Below, piece after piece: positions 54,512 to 64,000 of a DNA stretch of 64,000 bases. How positions within the stretch are numbered: the stretch's first letter is position 1; every line of letters starts with the position of its first letter. The stretch lies in the NCBI GenBank assembly GCA_964248365.1, contig CAXTYC010000004.1:64001-128000 (forward strand), given 5' to 3'. The notes under the pieces were generated by a model. It was not told where the DNA came from, searched no databases, and worked only from the letters and a program-made list of their open reading frames with translations. Source of the stretch: an uncultured Chroococcidiopsis sp. Its GTDB lineage: Bacteria > Cyanobacteriota > Cyanobacteriia > Cyanobacteriales > Chroococcidiopsidaceae. The translations under genes and the position numbers were made by a program.

Positions 54512-55400
54512 ATGTCTCTGGACACGGATACTCCTTTGCTCATCTAACAAGATTTATATTTTGGAAACAAGATACCTGATGGTGGAGAAGTTTCCCAAAA
54601 AGAGTTTTAAGCGTTTGTAGACAATGTTATTACCCCTCGTTTTCCTGCTGGAGTGACAGTTTTTGATACAAATGGACAATTTCAAGACAGCACAGGTAAA
54701 ATTATTGAAGAACCATCTAAAGTTGTTAGCCTGATTCTGGAAGATACTAAGCAAAACGAAGCTGCCATTAACAAGATTGTCAAGTCATATATTCAACAGT
54801 TACAGCCAAAAAGTGTTCTCGTCGTTGTTGATGAAGATATATAGGCTGATATACAGACTAATTTCACTGTTGACGCTCTTAAATTAGCTATTCCCATCGA
54901 AAATGTAGGTAATACTGGCGCTGCTTATGCAGTCGATTCGTTTGGTAGTGGCGTGGTTGGTTTATCTGGGATAGATAATCTATTGGGAGCAAACTTTAAA
55001 TATACGTTGCACGATCAAATGAGTAATCCCACAGGTAGGGACGAGTTAAATTATAATTTTTCTGGGTTAAACAGCGGCGTGGAACTGCTAGCAAGCGGTA
55101 CAGTTGTTGTCTGTAAGCAAAATAACCTTTTCATCCCACAAGGAACCTTTGGAACCTCAGCGGTGACATTTACTGGTACACCTGACAACGCCTGTTTGAG
55201 TGATTTGGGAATTTGACTGGTTAATGTCCTGCAAGGTTTGAGTCTGTATATTTTAGATTTTAGATTTAAAGCAAATGTCTGCCACCCATGCCCACCAAAT
55301 TATTGATGGTGGGCGAAGCCCCGTATTACACCACAGCGGAGGGATTGCCCACCCTACTTATCCAACAAGATTTATATTTTGGAAACAAAATCCCAGATGG
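54512..55400 (+). pseudogene. DUF3574-like gene remnant
   Basis: I*QDLYFGNKIPDGGEVSQKEF*AFVDNVITPRFPAGVTVFD with two stops; a second copy of CAAGATTTATATTTTGGAAACAA lies near 55366. Confidence 0.7.
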
Positions 55401-55430
55401 GAAAGCTGCCGCACTAGAGAGTTTAAAATA

Positions 55431-55464
55431 AACCTACGGATCTATAATTATTGATCCGTAGGTT
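55431..55464 (-). terminator. Hairpin downstream of the Gfo/Idh/MocA gene
   Basis: AACCTACGGATC...GATCCGTAGGTT perfect stem. Confidence 0.6.
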
Positions 55465-55474
55465 AATAAAAAGT

Positions 55475-56554
55475 CTATACTGCTACAACAGGAGTATTAA
55501 GCTGACGAAGTTCGAGATCTTTATGTTGCCAGACTTGACCATCTACAGCTATTTGCTCAATTAAACTTGCTAAACGCAAAGCTTTCAGAGCTTGTTCTCC
55601 ACCTACCGACGGTTGACAGCCGCCTCTTGCACAGCCGACGAAGTGTTCTAACTCAGCGCAGAGTTTGTCAATGTTACTGGTGTAAACCTTCTCAATCAAA
55701 CCGTCTTGACGGTAAAGTACCTGTCCATGTTCTGTCATACAGTTAGCAGTTGTCTGACGGTGGATCAGGATTTCATTGTTAAGAAAGTCCGCCTCAGTCA
55801 AAGAGTTCTTGCAATGGGCGGCAATGCGACGTATTTTACGGTGGGTGACTTTGCTAGCCGTGAGTGTCGCCACAATGCCATTAGCAAATCCCAATGTAGC
55901 AGTCACATAATCCAAGTAGCCAGAGTCGGAGGCGCGGCTACCGCTAGCTGTCAACCTTACTACTGGTGCAGCGGCTAATTCTAATATTAAGTCAATATCA
56001 TGGATCATTAGATCCAAGACAACGGATACATCATTAGCCCGATGTGAATAAGGACTCATGCGGTGTGCTTCTATAGCCAGCAATTGTTCTGTTTTCAAGA
56101 CTTTGCTGAGTTCTTGAAAGGCTGGACTGAAGCGCTCAATATGACCTACTTGCAGAATGCACTGGGAGGAAGCTGCTGCATTTACTAGAGATTCTGCTTC
56201 AGCAATACTAGAAGCGATCGGTTTTTCTATTAGAACATGAACTCCCGCTTGGAGACACGTCATCCCGACAGCGTAATGCCCTCCGGTAGGAACAGCAACA
56301 CAAACAGCGTCTACATGAGGAAGCAAATCTCGGTAATCTTCAAAAAAACGTACTCGGTATTTGCTAGCAATATCTAGTCCTCGTTCAATATTAATATCTG
56401 AGACACCTACAAGTTCTACATCTTTGAGTAAACTCAATACACGGGTGTGATGCTGTCCCATATTACCGACCCCAATCACACCAATCTTGATTGCTTTGGG
56501 CTGGTTACGCTGCATCTGAGGGACTACTTGTCCCATTGATATGCTATTTTGCAC
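55475..56554 (-). CDS. Gfo/Idh/MocA family oxidoreductase
   Basis: IGVIGVGNMG, VLIEKP, DLMIHDID. Confidence 0.95.
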   Translation of the reverse strand: MQNSISMGQVVPQMQRNQPKAIKIGVIGVGNMGQHHTRVLSLLKDVELVGVSDINIERGLDIASKYRVRFFEDYRDLLPHVDAVCVAVPTGGHYAVGMTCLQAGVHVLIEKPIASSIAEAESLVNAAASSQCILQVGHIERFSPAFQELSKVLKTEQLLAIEAHRMSPYSHRANDVSVVLDLMIHDIDLILELAAAPVVRLTASGSRASDSGYLDYVTATLGFANGIVATLTASKVTHRKIRRIAAHCKNSLTEADFLNNEILIHRQTTANCMTEHGQVLYRQDGLIEKVYTSNIDKLCAELEHFVGCARGGCQPSVGGEQALKALRLASLIEQIAVDGQVWQHKDLELRQLNTPVVAV

Positions 56555-56953
56555 TCGGTCTTATCCTCCACCACCAAAATTTATCGATGCTTCTGTATTG
56601 TCTTTCGTACTCTACATTTGGGCTTCAATCATTCCATCTCTCGACTGTCTTAAATCTGTCAGATAGTAGCATAATTCCTCTATTTATAAAGATATTCAAA
56701 GTTTATTTGAGGTTTTTTTAGTTTGTCTGTTTTTGTTACGGGTATACCTTTTTAAATTGTCATTTTACTAATGCCGCAACAATAGCACCGAATGTGTCAC
56801 TTTTTTGCCCGTCCATTTGTGGGGGGCTGGAGGCTGGGGGCTGGGGGCTAGAAGAGAGCACTCTTGAGCAGGGGAAGCAGGGGAAGCAGGGGGAGAAAGA
56901 GGAAAATTACGAATGCGCGAATTACGAGTTACGAATTATTTTATGGGGGTTTT

Positions 56954-57643
56954 ATGGTGAAAGCTGTAATTTTGTTATCTGGAGGACTAGATTCTTCAAC
57001 GGTTCTCTATCAAGCTTCGTCAGATGGTTATGAGTGTTACGCTATCTCGTTTGACTATCAGCAGCGGCATCGACGAGAGTTAGAGGCGGCGAAAGCGATC
57101 GCACATGAGGCTAATGTAGTAGATCATCAGCTAGTGACATTCGACTTACGTCAATGGGGTGGTTCGGCATTGACTGATGACAAAATAGACTTGCCGCAAC
57201 TTTGTTCTATATCCCAAATGGGGCAAAATATCCCTGTAACATATGTACCAGCACGGAATACTATCTTTTTAAGCTTTGCCCTAGCTTATGCAGAAACTCT
57301 TGGTGCAGAAAGAATATATATCGGTGTCAACGCCTTAGACTATTCTGGCTATCCAGATTGTCGCCCTGATTACATTCAGGCAATGCAAGAAGTATTTAGA
57401 CTGGGAACTAAACAAGGGCGTGAGGGCAGGAGGCCTCAAATTGTTGCTCCCCTAATTAATCTCAAAAAAACTGAAATCATTCAGCTTGGCAATTCTTTGG
57501 GCGTACCTTGGGAGAAAACTTGGTCTTGCTATGCTGGTGGTGATTCGGCTTGCAGGGTGTGTGACTCTTGTAGATTACGCTTAGCAGCTTTTGCCGAATT
57601 GGGGTTAGAAGATCCACTTCCTTATCGAGGGGCTAGGGGCTAG
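56954..57643 (+). CDS. queC: 7-cyano-7-deazaguanine synthase
   Basis: LLSGGLDS, TYVPARN, GYPDCR, TWSCY...CRVCDSC. Confidence 0.97.
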   Translation: MVKAVILLSGGLDSSTVLYQASSDGYECYAISFDYQQRHRRELEAAKAIAHEANVVDHQLVTFDLRQWGGSALTDDKIDLPQLCSISQMGQNIPVTYVPARNTIFLSFALAYAETLGAERIYIGVNALDYSGYPDCRPDYIQAMQEVFRLGTKQGREGRRPQIVAPLINLKKTEIIQLGNSLGVPWEKTWSCYAGGDSACRVCDSCRLRLAAFAELGLEDPLPYRGARG

Positions 57644-57714
57644 AAGAGGGAAAAGGGAAAAGGGAAAAGGGAAAAGCAAAAAGTATAAATTAACAATTTT
57701 GCCCCTCTGCCCCT

Positions 57715-59121
57715 CTACTCCCCAGCTTCCTCAGCCTCCTCAGCTCCCTCAGCTCTCTTATGCAAGCGATGAATCTTGATTTCATCCAGGCGTGGTCCTT
57801 CAACTGACACGACGGTTAGTTCGAGATTTTGATAGGAAATTGTTGTACCTACTGCGGGAATTTGTTGTAGCTGATACAGTACGAAACCGCCTAGGGTTTG
57901 ATATTCTTTTTTTACAGGCAAGTTTAAATCTAACAATTTGTTGAGGTCTTCCAGATTCATTTGCGCTTGCACTAAAAAAGTTTGATCGTCCAAAATTTGG
58001 ATGAGTAACTCGTCGGTACTTTCTGTTACACCTGCGTCGCCAATAATTTCGGCAATCAAATCTTGAATTGTAACTAAACCAACTGTACCGCCAAATTCGT
58101 TGACTACTATAACCACTGCTTGCCGCAACAGTTTTGCCTGCCGTAGACTTTTCTGCATGATTGGTAGTAGTTCACTTAAGGGAGTATTTTCTGGTACAAA
58201 ATGCGTCGGACGAATCCACAGGTAAATTTCAGTTTCTAAAGTCAGTTTTCCCAGCGCCAGAGGCTCTGCCAAATCTTTAAAGTTAATAATGCCGCGCACG
58301 TCGTCTAAAGATTTGCCAATAACTGGATAGCGAGAGTGACCAGTAGCGGCTACTGCTTGCAGCAGTGTTTGTAAAGTAGCATTTTCTGGCAAGGCGATGA
58401 TGTTAGGGCGTTGCACCATAATTTCTGCTACCTTCACATCGCCAAATTCAAAAATATTATTGAGCAGTTCTCGTTCTTCTGCTTCTAAGCCTGTAGATTC
58501 ACGTTCAGTAGAGATAATTAGTTGCAATTCTTCGGATGTTACAGGTGGTTTCCAACCTTGTCCTGTATATTGGATACCTACCAGTCGTAATAAGCAGCGG
58601 GTGGATTGGTTAAGAATCCAAATAAAGGGATTGAAAAATCGGGCGATCGCTTTTAAGGGTGGTCCCAAAAACCTTGCCAGTTGCTCTGAGTAAAGCAAAG
58701 CCACTGACTTGGGGCATAGTTCTCCTAAAATGATTTGCAAATAAGCAACCAAAAGAAAGGCTAAAGGAACTGACACCGAATGAGCAATCAAAGAACGCCT
58801 TCCTATTGACAAGGGCAACTGCTCTAACCAAGATGCTATAAGCACACCCATTGTACTTTCGCCAATCCAACCCAAGGCAATGCTAGAGAGGGTAATACCT
58901 AGCTGGGTTGTAGATAGTACTCGGTCAATACTGCGCTGTAAAGATTGAACTGTAATCGCCTGCACGTCCCCTGCTTCTACCAGTTGGTAGATGCGCGATC
59001 GCCGTACTGACACTATTGAAAACTCAGCAGTGACAAAAAAGGCATTAATTGCAATCAGCAACAACACAGATAACAATCTCAGCCCGATGTCTGCCCAATT
59101 CAGGGGAGGAGGTGCATTCAT
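57715..59121 (-). CDS. HlyC/CorC (CNNM) family transporter
   Basis: NAFFVTAEFS, QLGIT, GELCPK, CBS pair, CorC domain. Confidence 0.93.
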   Translation of the reverse strand: MNAPPPLNWADIGLRLLSVLLLIAINAFFVTAEFSIVSVRRSRIYQLVEAGDVQAITVQSLQRSIDRVLSTTQLGITLSSIALGWIGESTMGVLIASWLEQLPLSIGRRSLIAHSVSVPLAFLLVAYLQIILGELCPKSVALLYSEQLARFLGPPLKAIARFFNPFIWILNQSTRCLLRLVGIQYTGQGWKPPVTSEELQLIISTERESTGLEAEERELLNNIFEFGDVKVAEIMVQRPNIIALPENATLQTLLQAVAATGHSRYPVIGKSLDDVRGIINFKDLAEPLALGKLTLETEIYLWIRPTHFVPENTPLSELLPIMQKSLRQAKLLRQAVVIVVNEFGGTVGLVTIQDLIAEIIGDAGVTESTDELLIQILDDQTFLVQAQMNLEDLNKLLDLNLPVKKEYQTLGGFVLYQLQQIPAVGTTISYQNLELTVVSVEGPRLDEIKIHRLHKRAEGAEEAEEAGE

Positions 59122-59234
59122 CTTCAAAGGGGTAAGGAGGCAAGGAGTGAGGGGAAAGGAGAACAATGAACGATAAAAGCTGACTGAAATTATTCATAAT
59201 TCATTATTCATAATTTCCTGCCACGCTCCTTTAC

Positions 59235-59927
59235 CTATCTGTTTATAGGGATTTCTAACATTTGTAGTCGTATTTGCTGTTCAGGATAATCTGTCAGCGT
59301 CATCGAAAGTTTGTTCACATTATCAAGTAAGACAGTAGAAATACTCACCGTGCCAGAAAAAATCTTGCCGTTCGGTGGTAACTCCCAAGGCAAACCTTCA
59401 GTATTTGCACTCAGCGCCCGTCCTTGATCATCTGTCACATCCAAAAAACTAGAAAGGAAACGTACAGTCCTATTTCCCTCATTTTTGAAGTTCACCTTCA
59501 GTTGTAAAGCCCCACCAGAGAAACGAGCTGATAGCACTTCTAGCGTCACTCCTTGATTTTTATTGATCAGCGGAAACCCTGGCTGCGGACTCTCCTCGTC
59601 TGTCATCTGCTTTGTTTGTGAGGATGTCTGCTTACTCCTATTTTGGTTGTCCAGTAATGGCTTTTCTGGCTTGACTTTCTTCCCTTTGCCCTCAATTGTG
59701 GCTCTCACATTGGTAAGGATGTCTTCTTCTTTCAACATTACTACTGCCCCTTGTCCAGACTTGTGTTTACCTCGCTTGATTTTATTTGTGGGGCGAGCAT
59801 CAGGCTGATTCACACCTTTGAGCGCCTCCATCCCTACTGTAAATCCCCAAATTGCACTTCCATAGCCTGCCCCCAACATCAGGATTAACAAAGCTAAAGT
59901 CAGGGCTACTGTCGAATTCAGTTTCAT
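59235..59927 (-). CDS. Conserved cyanobacterial membrane-anchored protein
   Basis: N-terminal TM, ALKGVNQPD, C-terminal beta-sandwich-like region. Confidence 0.75.
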   Translation of the reverse strand: MKLNSTVALTLALLILMLGAGYGSAIWGFTVGMEALKGVNQPDARPTNKIKRGKHKSGQGAVVMLKEEDILTNVRATIEGKGKKVKPEKPLLDNQNRSKQTSSQTKQMTDEESPQPGFPLINKNQGVTLEVLSARFSGGALQLKVNFKNEGNRTVRFLSSFLDVTDDQGRALSANTEGLPWELPPNGKIFSGTVSISTVLLDNVNKLSMTLTDYPEQQIRLQMLEIPINR

Positions 59928-60222
59928 TGTTGATGCTCGCTTAATCAAGAGCATTGACGTTATTGACCCAATTTTTATCTAAACAACTGGTCGTTTGTAA
60001 CATTATGAGCACGTAAATTATCTACTATCGGTGTTGTATCGATATTAATATCGATTAAATCAAAACTGCCTTTAGGAGATATAATTTTAGCTCTATCACT
60101 GTTGGGTCATCTTTTGAGGCGGAAAATTGCTCTACCTATACACTGATACGCTATACTAGTGAACACGCTAAAATGACGGGTTGAGTTTTTTAGCCCTACG
60201 ACTTAATCAGCCTTGAGATTAA

Positions 60223-60295
60223 GCGCCGTTGACCGATTGGGGAGGTAGCGAACTCATAATTCGCCTTCAGGCTGGTTCGATTCCAGCACGGCGCA
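60223..60295 (+). tRNA. tRNA with CAT anticodon (probably Ile2, lysidine-modified; Met not excluded)
   Basis: Acceptor GCGCCGT/ACGGCGC, anticodon arm GCGAA-CTCATAA-TTCGC, T arm GCTGG-TTCGATT-CCAGC; CCA not encoded. Confidence 0.9.
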
Positions 60296-60402
60296 CTAAT
60301 AGCTGTTAGCAGTTGATTGACTAATGAGTATTAAAGATGTGCAGCGCTTAAATGGAGTTACGCGCCAGCTAACCGCTAATAGCTAACAGCTAACTGAGGT
60401 TA

Positions 60403-60822
60403 CTACTTTTCAAATATTAAGTCATTGCCCTGTGTATCTTGATTGACATCAATCTTGGGAGCAGTCAAAATTGATGATTGGTAGGGATTTGGTAGATCGC
60501 GAGTGCGAATAACCGGATCGCTGTTCGTTTGTTGTTTCAAGGAAGTTCGGAATAAATCGTGAACTTGTGCAGCATCGCGGTTGATTTCATTTTCAGTAAA
60601 TCCACTTTTACCAAACATCAAATCGAGTTGCCGCCCCAAGGAACGATTGCGGAAAAAATTGGGATCGTTATTAAAAAAAGTTCGCTCAAATATATCAGCA
60701 AGCGTTTCATCAGCTTTGGGTTGAGTGCTAGTGGTTGGTTGGGCGATCGCCGCCTGATGAAAACCAGTAGCAGCAAGTACAATAACCAATATACCGCTCA
60801 GTCTGTTGAAATTTATACGCAT
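60403..60822 (-). CDS. Secreted hypothetical protein
   Basis: Signal peptide ending AIA-Q; QQTNSDPVIRTRDLPNPYQSS. Confidence 0.75.
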   Translation of the reverse strand: MRINFNRLSGILVIVLAATGFHQAAIAQPTTSTQPKADETLADIFERTFFNNDPNFFRNRSLGRQLDLMFGKSGFTENEINRDAAQVHDLFRTSLKQQTNSDPVIRTRDLPNPYQSSILTAPKIDVNQDTQGNDLIFEK

Positions 60823-60923
60823 ACAGTTTATCCTCTATGTTGGTACAAGCTTGATTTATGCTTAAATCTAAATTTAGTCTTAGCCTATTTTTTGATTCTT
60901 CATCAAGTATTGACTGTTAGTTA

Positions 60924-61538
60924 ATGACATACCAAGCCCAATCACAGCTAAAATCAGATGTCTGGGCAGCTACTGCTGATTTAACAACGCTGCGCCAGCA
61001 TCTGCTTGATTTATTTTGTCAACTTGCCTATCAAGAAGGTGATTTCGTTCTTTCTTCAGGGCAACGTAGTTCTTATTACATTAATGGCAAGGAAGTGACA
61101 CTGCATCCTAATGGTGCATTGGCAATTGGTCGAATTCTGTTATCCCAGCTACCGACAGATACCCAGGCAGTGGCAGGATTGACACTGGGAGCAGATCCAA
61201 TTGTCAGCGCTGTAAGTGTAGTTTCTGCCATTGAAAACCGACCAATTCCAGCGTTAATTATTCGCAAAGAAGCCAAAGGACATGGCACAAGGGCATATAT
61301 TGAAGGTCCAAGTTTACCAGAGGGTGCGATCGTTGTAGTTTTAGAAGATGTCGTCACGACGGGACAATCAGCCATGAAAGCTGTTGAACGGCTGCGACAA
61401 GCGGGTTACAAAGTCGATACAGTCATGGCATTGGTAGATAGACAGCAAGGCGGAGCCGAATTGTATGCGTCGGCAGGGTTGAAGTTTCAATCTGTGTTTA
61501 ATATTACCGAAATTCAAGAGCGATACAAGCAGCTGTAA
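60924..61538 (+). CDS. pyrE: Orotate phosphoribosyltransferase
   Basis: FVLSSGQRSSYY, RKEAKGHG, VVLEDVVTTGQS. Confidence 0.96.
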   Translation: MTYQAQSQLKSDVWAATADLTTLRQHLLDLFCQLAYQEGDFVLSSGQRSSYYINGKEVTLHPNGALAIGRILLSQLPTDTQAVAGLTLGADPIVSAVSVVSAIENRPIPALIIRKEAKGHGTRAYIEGPSLPEGAIVVVLEDVVTTGQSAMKAVERLRQAGYKVDTVMALVDRQQGGAELYASAGLKFQSVFNITEIQERYKQL

Positions 61539-61719
61539 TCCGCCACCCTTGCCCACCTTTTAACCCTGCAAAAAGTAGATTCAATACTCGTGTTGATGAT
61601 ACACTTGTTCGTAGCTATGGCAATAAACGGATACGTATTTCAGCAACAATAAATTACATTTGATAATTCTTAAAGAAATTAAATAAGGTGGGCATTGCCC
61701 ACCCTACAAGCTACAAACC

Positions 61720-63105
<1,386 letters not shown>

Positions 63106-63107
63106 TT

Positions 63108-63190
63108 AACAGCTTCCCTCCGCTGGTATTACCCAGTATCAGGTTCTAAGGGACTGTCTCAGCCTGGCTACCCAGACACCCCTAGCTTGG
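63108..63190 (-). promoter_or_regulatory. TPP riboswitch
   Basis: Minus strand GGGGTGTC...GCTGAGA...CCCTTAGAACCTGATACTGGGTAATACCAGCGGAGGGAAG directly upstream of thiC. Confidence 0.95.
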
Positions 63191-63303
63191 TGAAAATTTT
63201 AGCACTGGAGTTAGAGGTAAATTCAAACAGTAAATAAATGTTGATAGTAAAAAAATTTGTGACAAAAATGATGTCATAATAGTCATCAGATAAAAATTGA
63301 TGT

Positions 63304-63482
63304 ATGGATCGAATTATCCGTACAACATTAGCGCTTACTGCCGATCTGATAGAAGCAACTGAGATTGATGCGGCGTTTGCAGCAATGGCTGATGATGATG
63401 AATATCAGTCACAAGCCCTGATGATAAGCGATGAATTTGCGATCGCTGACTGGGAAGCGTTTCAATTAGGCGAGTCCCAAAA
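63304..63482 (+). pseudogene. RHH-type antitoxin, apparently with an internal deletion
   Basis: RTTLALTADLIEAT joined directly to EIDAAFAAMADDDEYQ; stop lost, so it reads into the toxin. Confidence 0.6.
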
Positions 63483-63844
63483 GTCAGGCGAGGGGAAGTT
63501 TATGATGCTCGTCTGGCTCCTACTGAGGGTTCGCCAGCAGACAGGGATTCGACCTGTAATAATTGTTAGTCGTGATGCTATTAATGTAAGTAGTCCAGTT
63601 GTGCTAGCAGTTCCCTGCCCTCCTTATCGCCCTGGAAAAAGGATCTATCGATCGTCAAGTACTTTTGCGATCGCCTGATGGTGGTTTAGATCAGGACTCG
63701 GTAGCGTTGGGTGAGCAAGTTCGCACTCTAGCTAAGACTCGTTTTTTACGTTTGCGTGGAATACTTTCATTCTCATCTTTGGCTCAATTGGATAAAGCAT
63801 TGTTAATTGCTTTAGATATGCAAGGGCAAGTAGAGTTTGAATAA
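63483..63844 (+). pseudogene. PemK/MazF family toxin with two frameshifts
   Basis: RRGEVYDARLAPTEGS / QQTGIRPVIIVSRD...VLAVP / DSVALGEQVRTLAKTRF...LDKALLIALD, joined by frame changes. Confidence 0.85.
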
Positions 63845-63893
63845 TAAAGGGGGGATCGCTTTTATGGTAGTGTGTGCGATCGCACCGATAAAT

Positions 63894-64000
63894 TTATTGT
63901 GCCGATTTACGCTTTTGCTCAATATGGTCTAATACTGCTTGGTGAATTTCTTCTGGAGTCATCGATGCAGGATAAACTACAGAGCTAGGTTTTGCAGTCA
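63894..64000 (-). CDS. C-terminus of a hypothetical protein running in from the right edge
   Basis: ...TAKPSSVVYPASMTPEEIHQAVLDHIEQKRKSAQ*. Confidence 0.45.
   Translation of the reverse strand, partial: TAKPSSVVYPASMTPEEIHQAVLDHIEQKRKSAQ

Noticed and set aside
56864..56953. N-terminal extension of QueC
   Set aside because: Translated STRR sequence; the family start is MVKAVILLSGG at 56954.
60223..60295. tRNA as an integration site for an island
   Set aside because: No duplicated tRNA 3' end or integrase seen nearby.
63304..63678. Novel antitoxin-toxin fusion protein
   Set aside because: The fusion skips the toxin N-terminus and C-terminus, which lie in other frames; it is a decay artefact.

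Overview
Cyanobacterial chromosomal segment, identified by psbB-psbT, dense HIP1 octamers (GCGATCGC), STRR heptamer repeats and small palindromic dispersed repeats. Housekeeping genes include metK, rps1, nrdR, mnmG, ligA, queC, pyrF-pyrE, pyrE, thiC with a TPP riboswitch, and a tRNA-CAT. Accessory modules include an ArsR-RND efflux locus, tandem rhomboids, a DUF962-amidohydrolase-B12 radical SAM cluster, a CHASE3 two-component system, a solitary C5 DNA methyltransferase, and several decaying defence-like loci (HaeIII-like methyltransferase pseudogene, split STAND ATPase/WD40/ATPase cluster, MazEF-like pseudogenes). The strongest unexplained signals are non-coding: (1) a retron msr-msd-like structured element at about 30.5-30.76 kb with no reverse transcriptase in the window, (2) a ~190-bp structured element bracketed by 10-bp HIP1-containing direct repeats at 15.54-15.74 kb, and (3) very small repeats that have inserted in-frame into pyrF and ligA or nested inside each other. 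All family assignments come from motif recognition by eye, without database searches.
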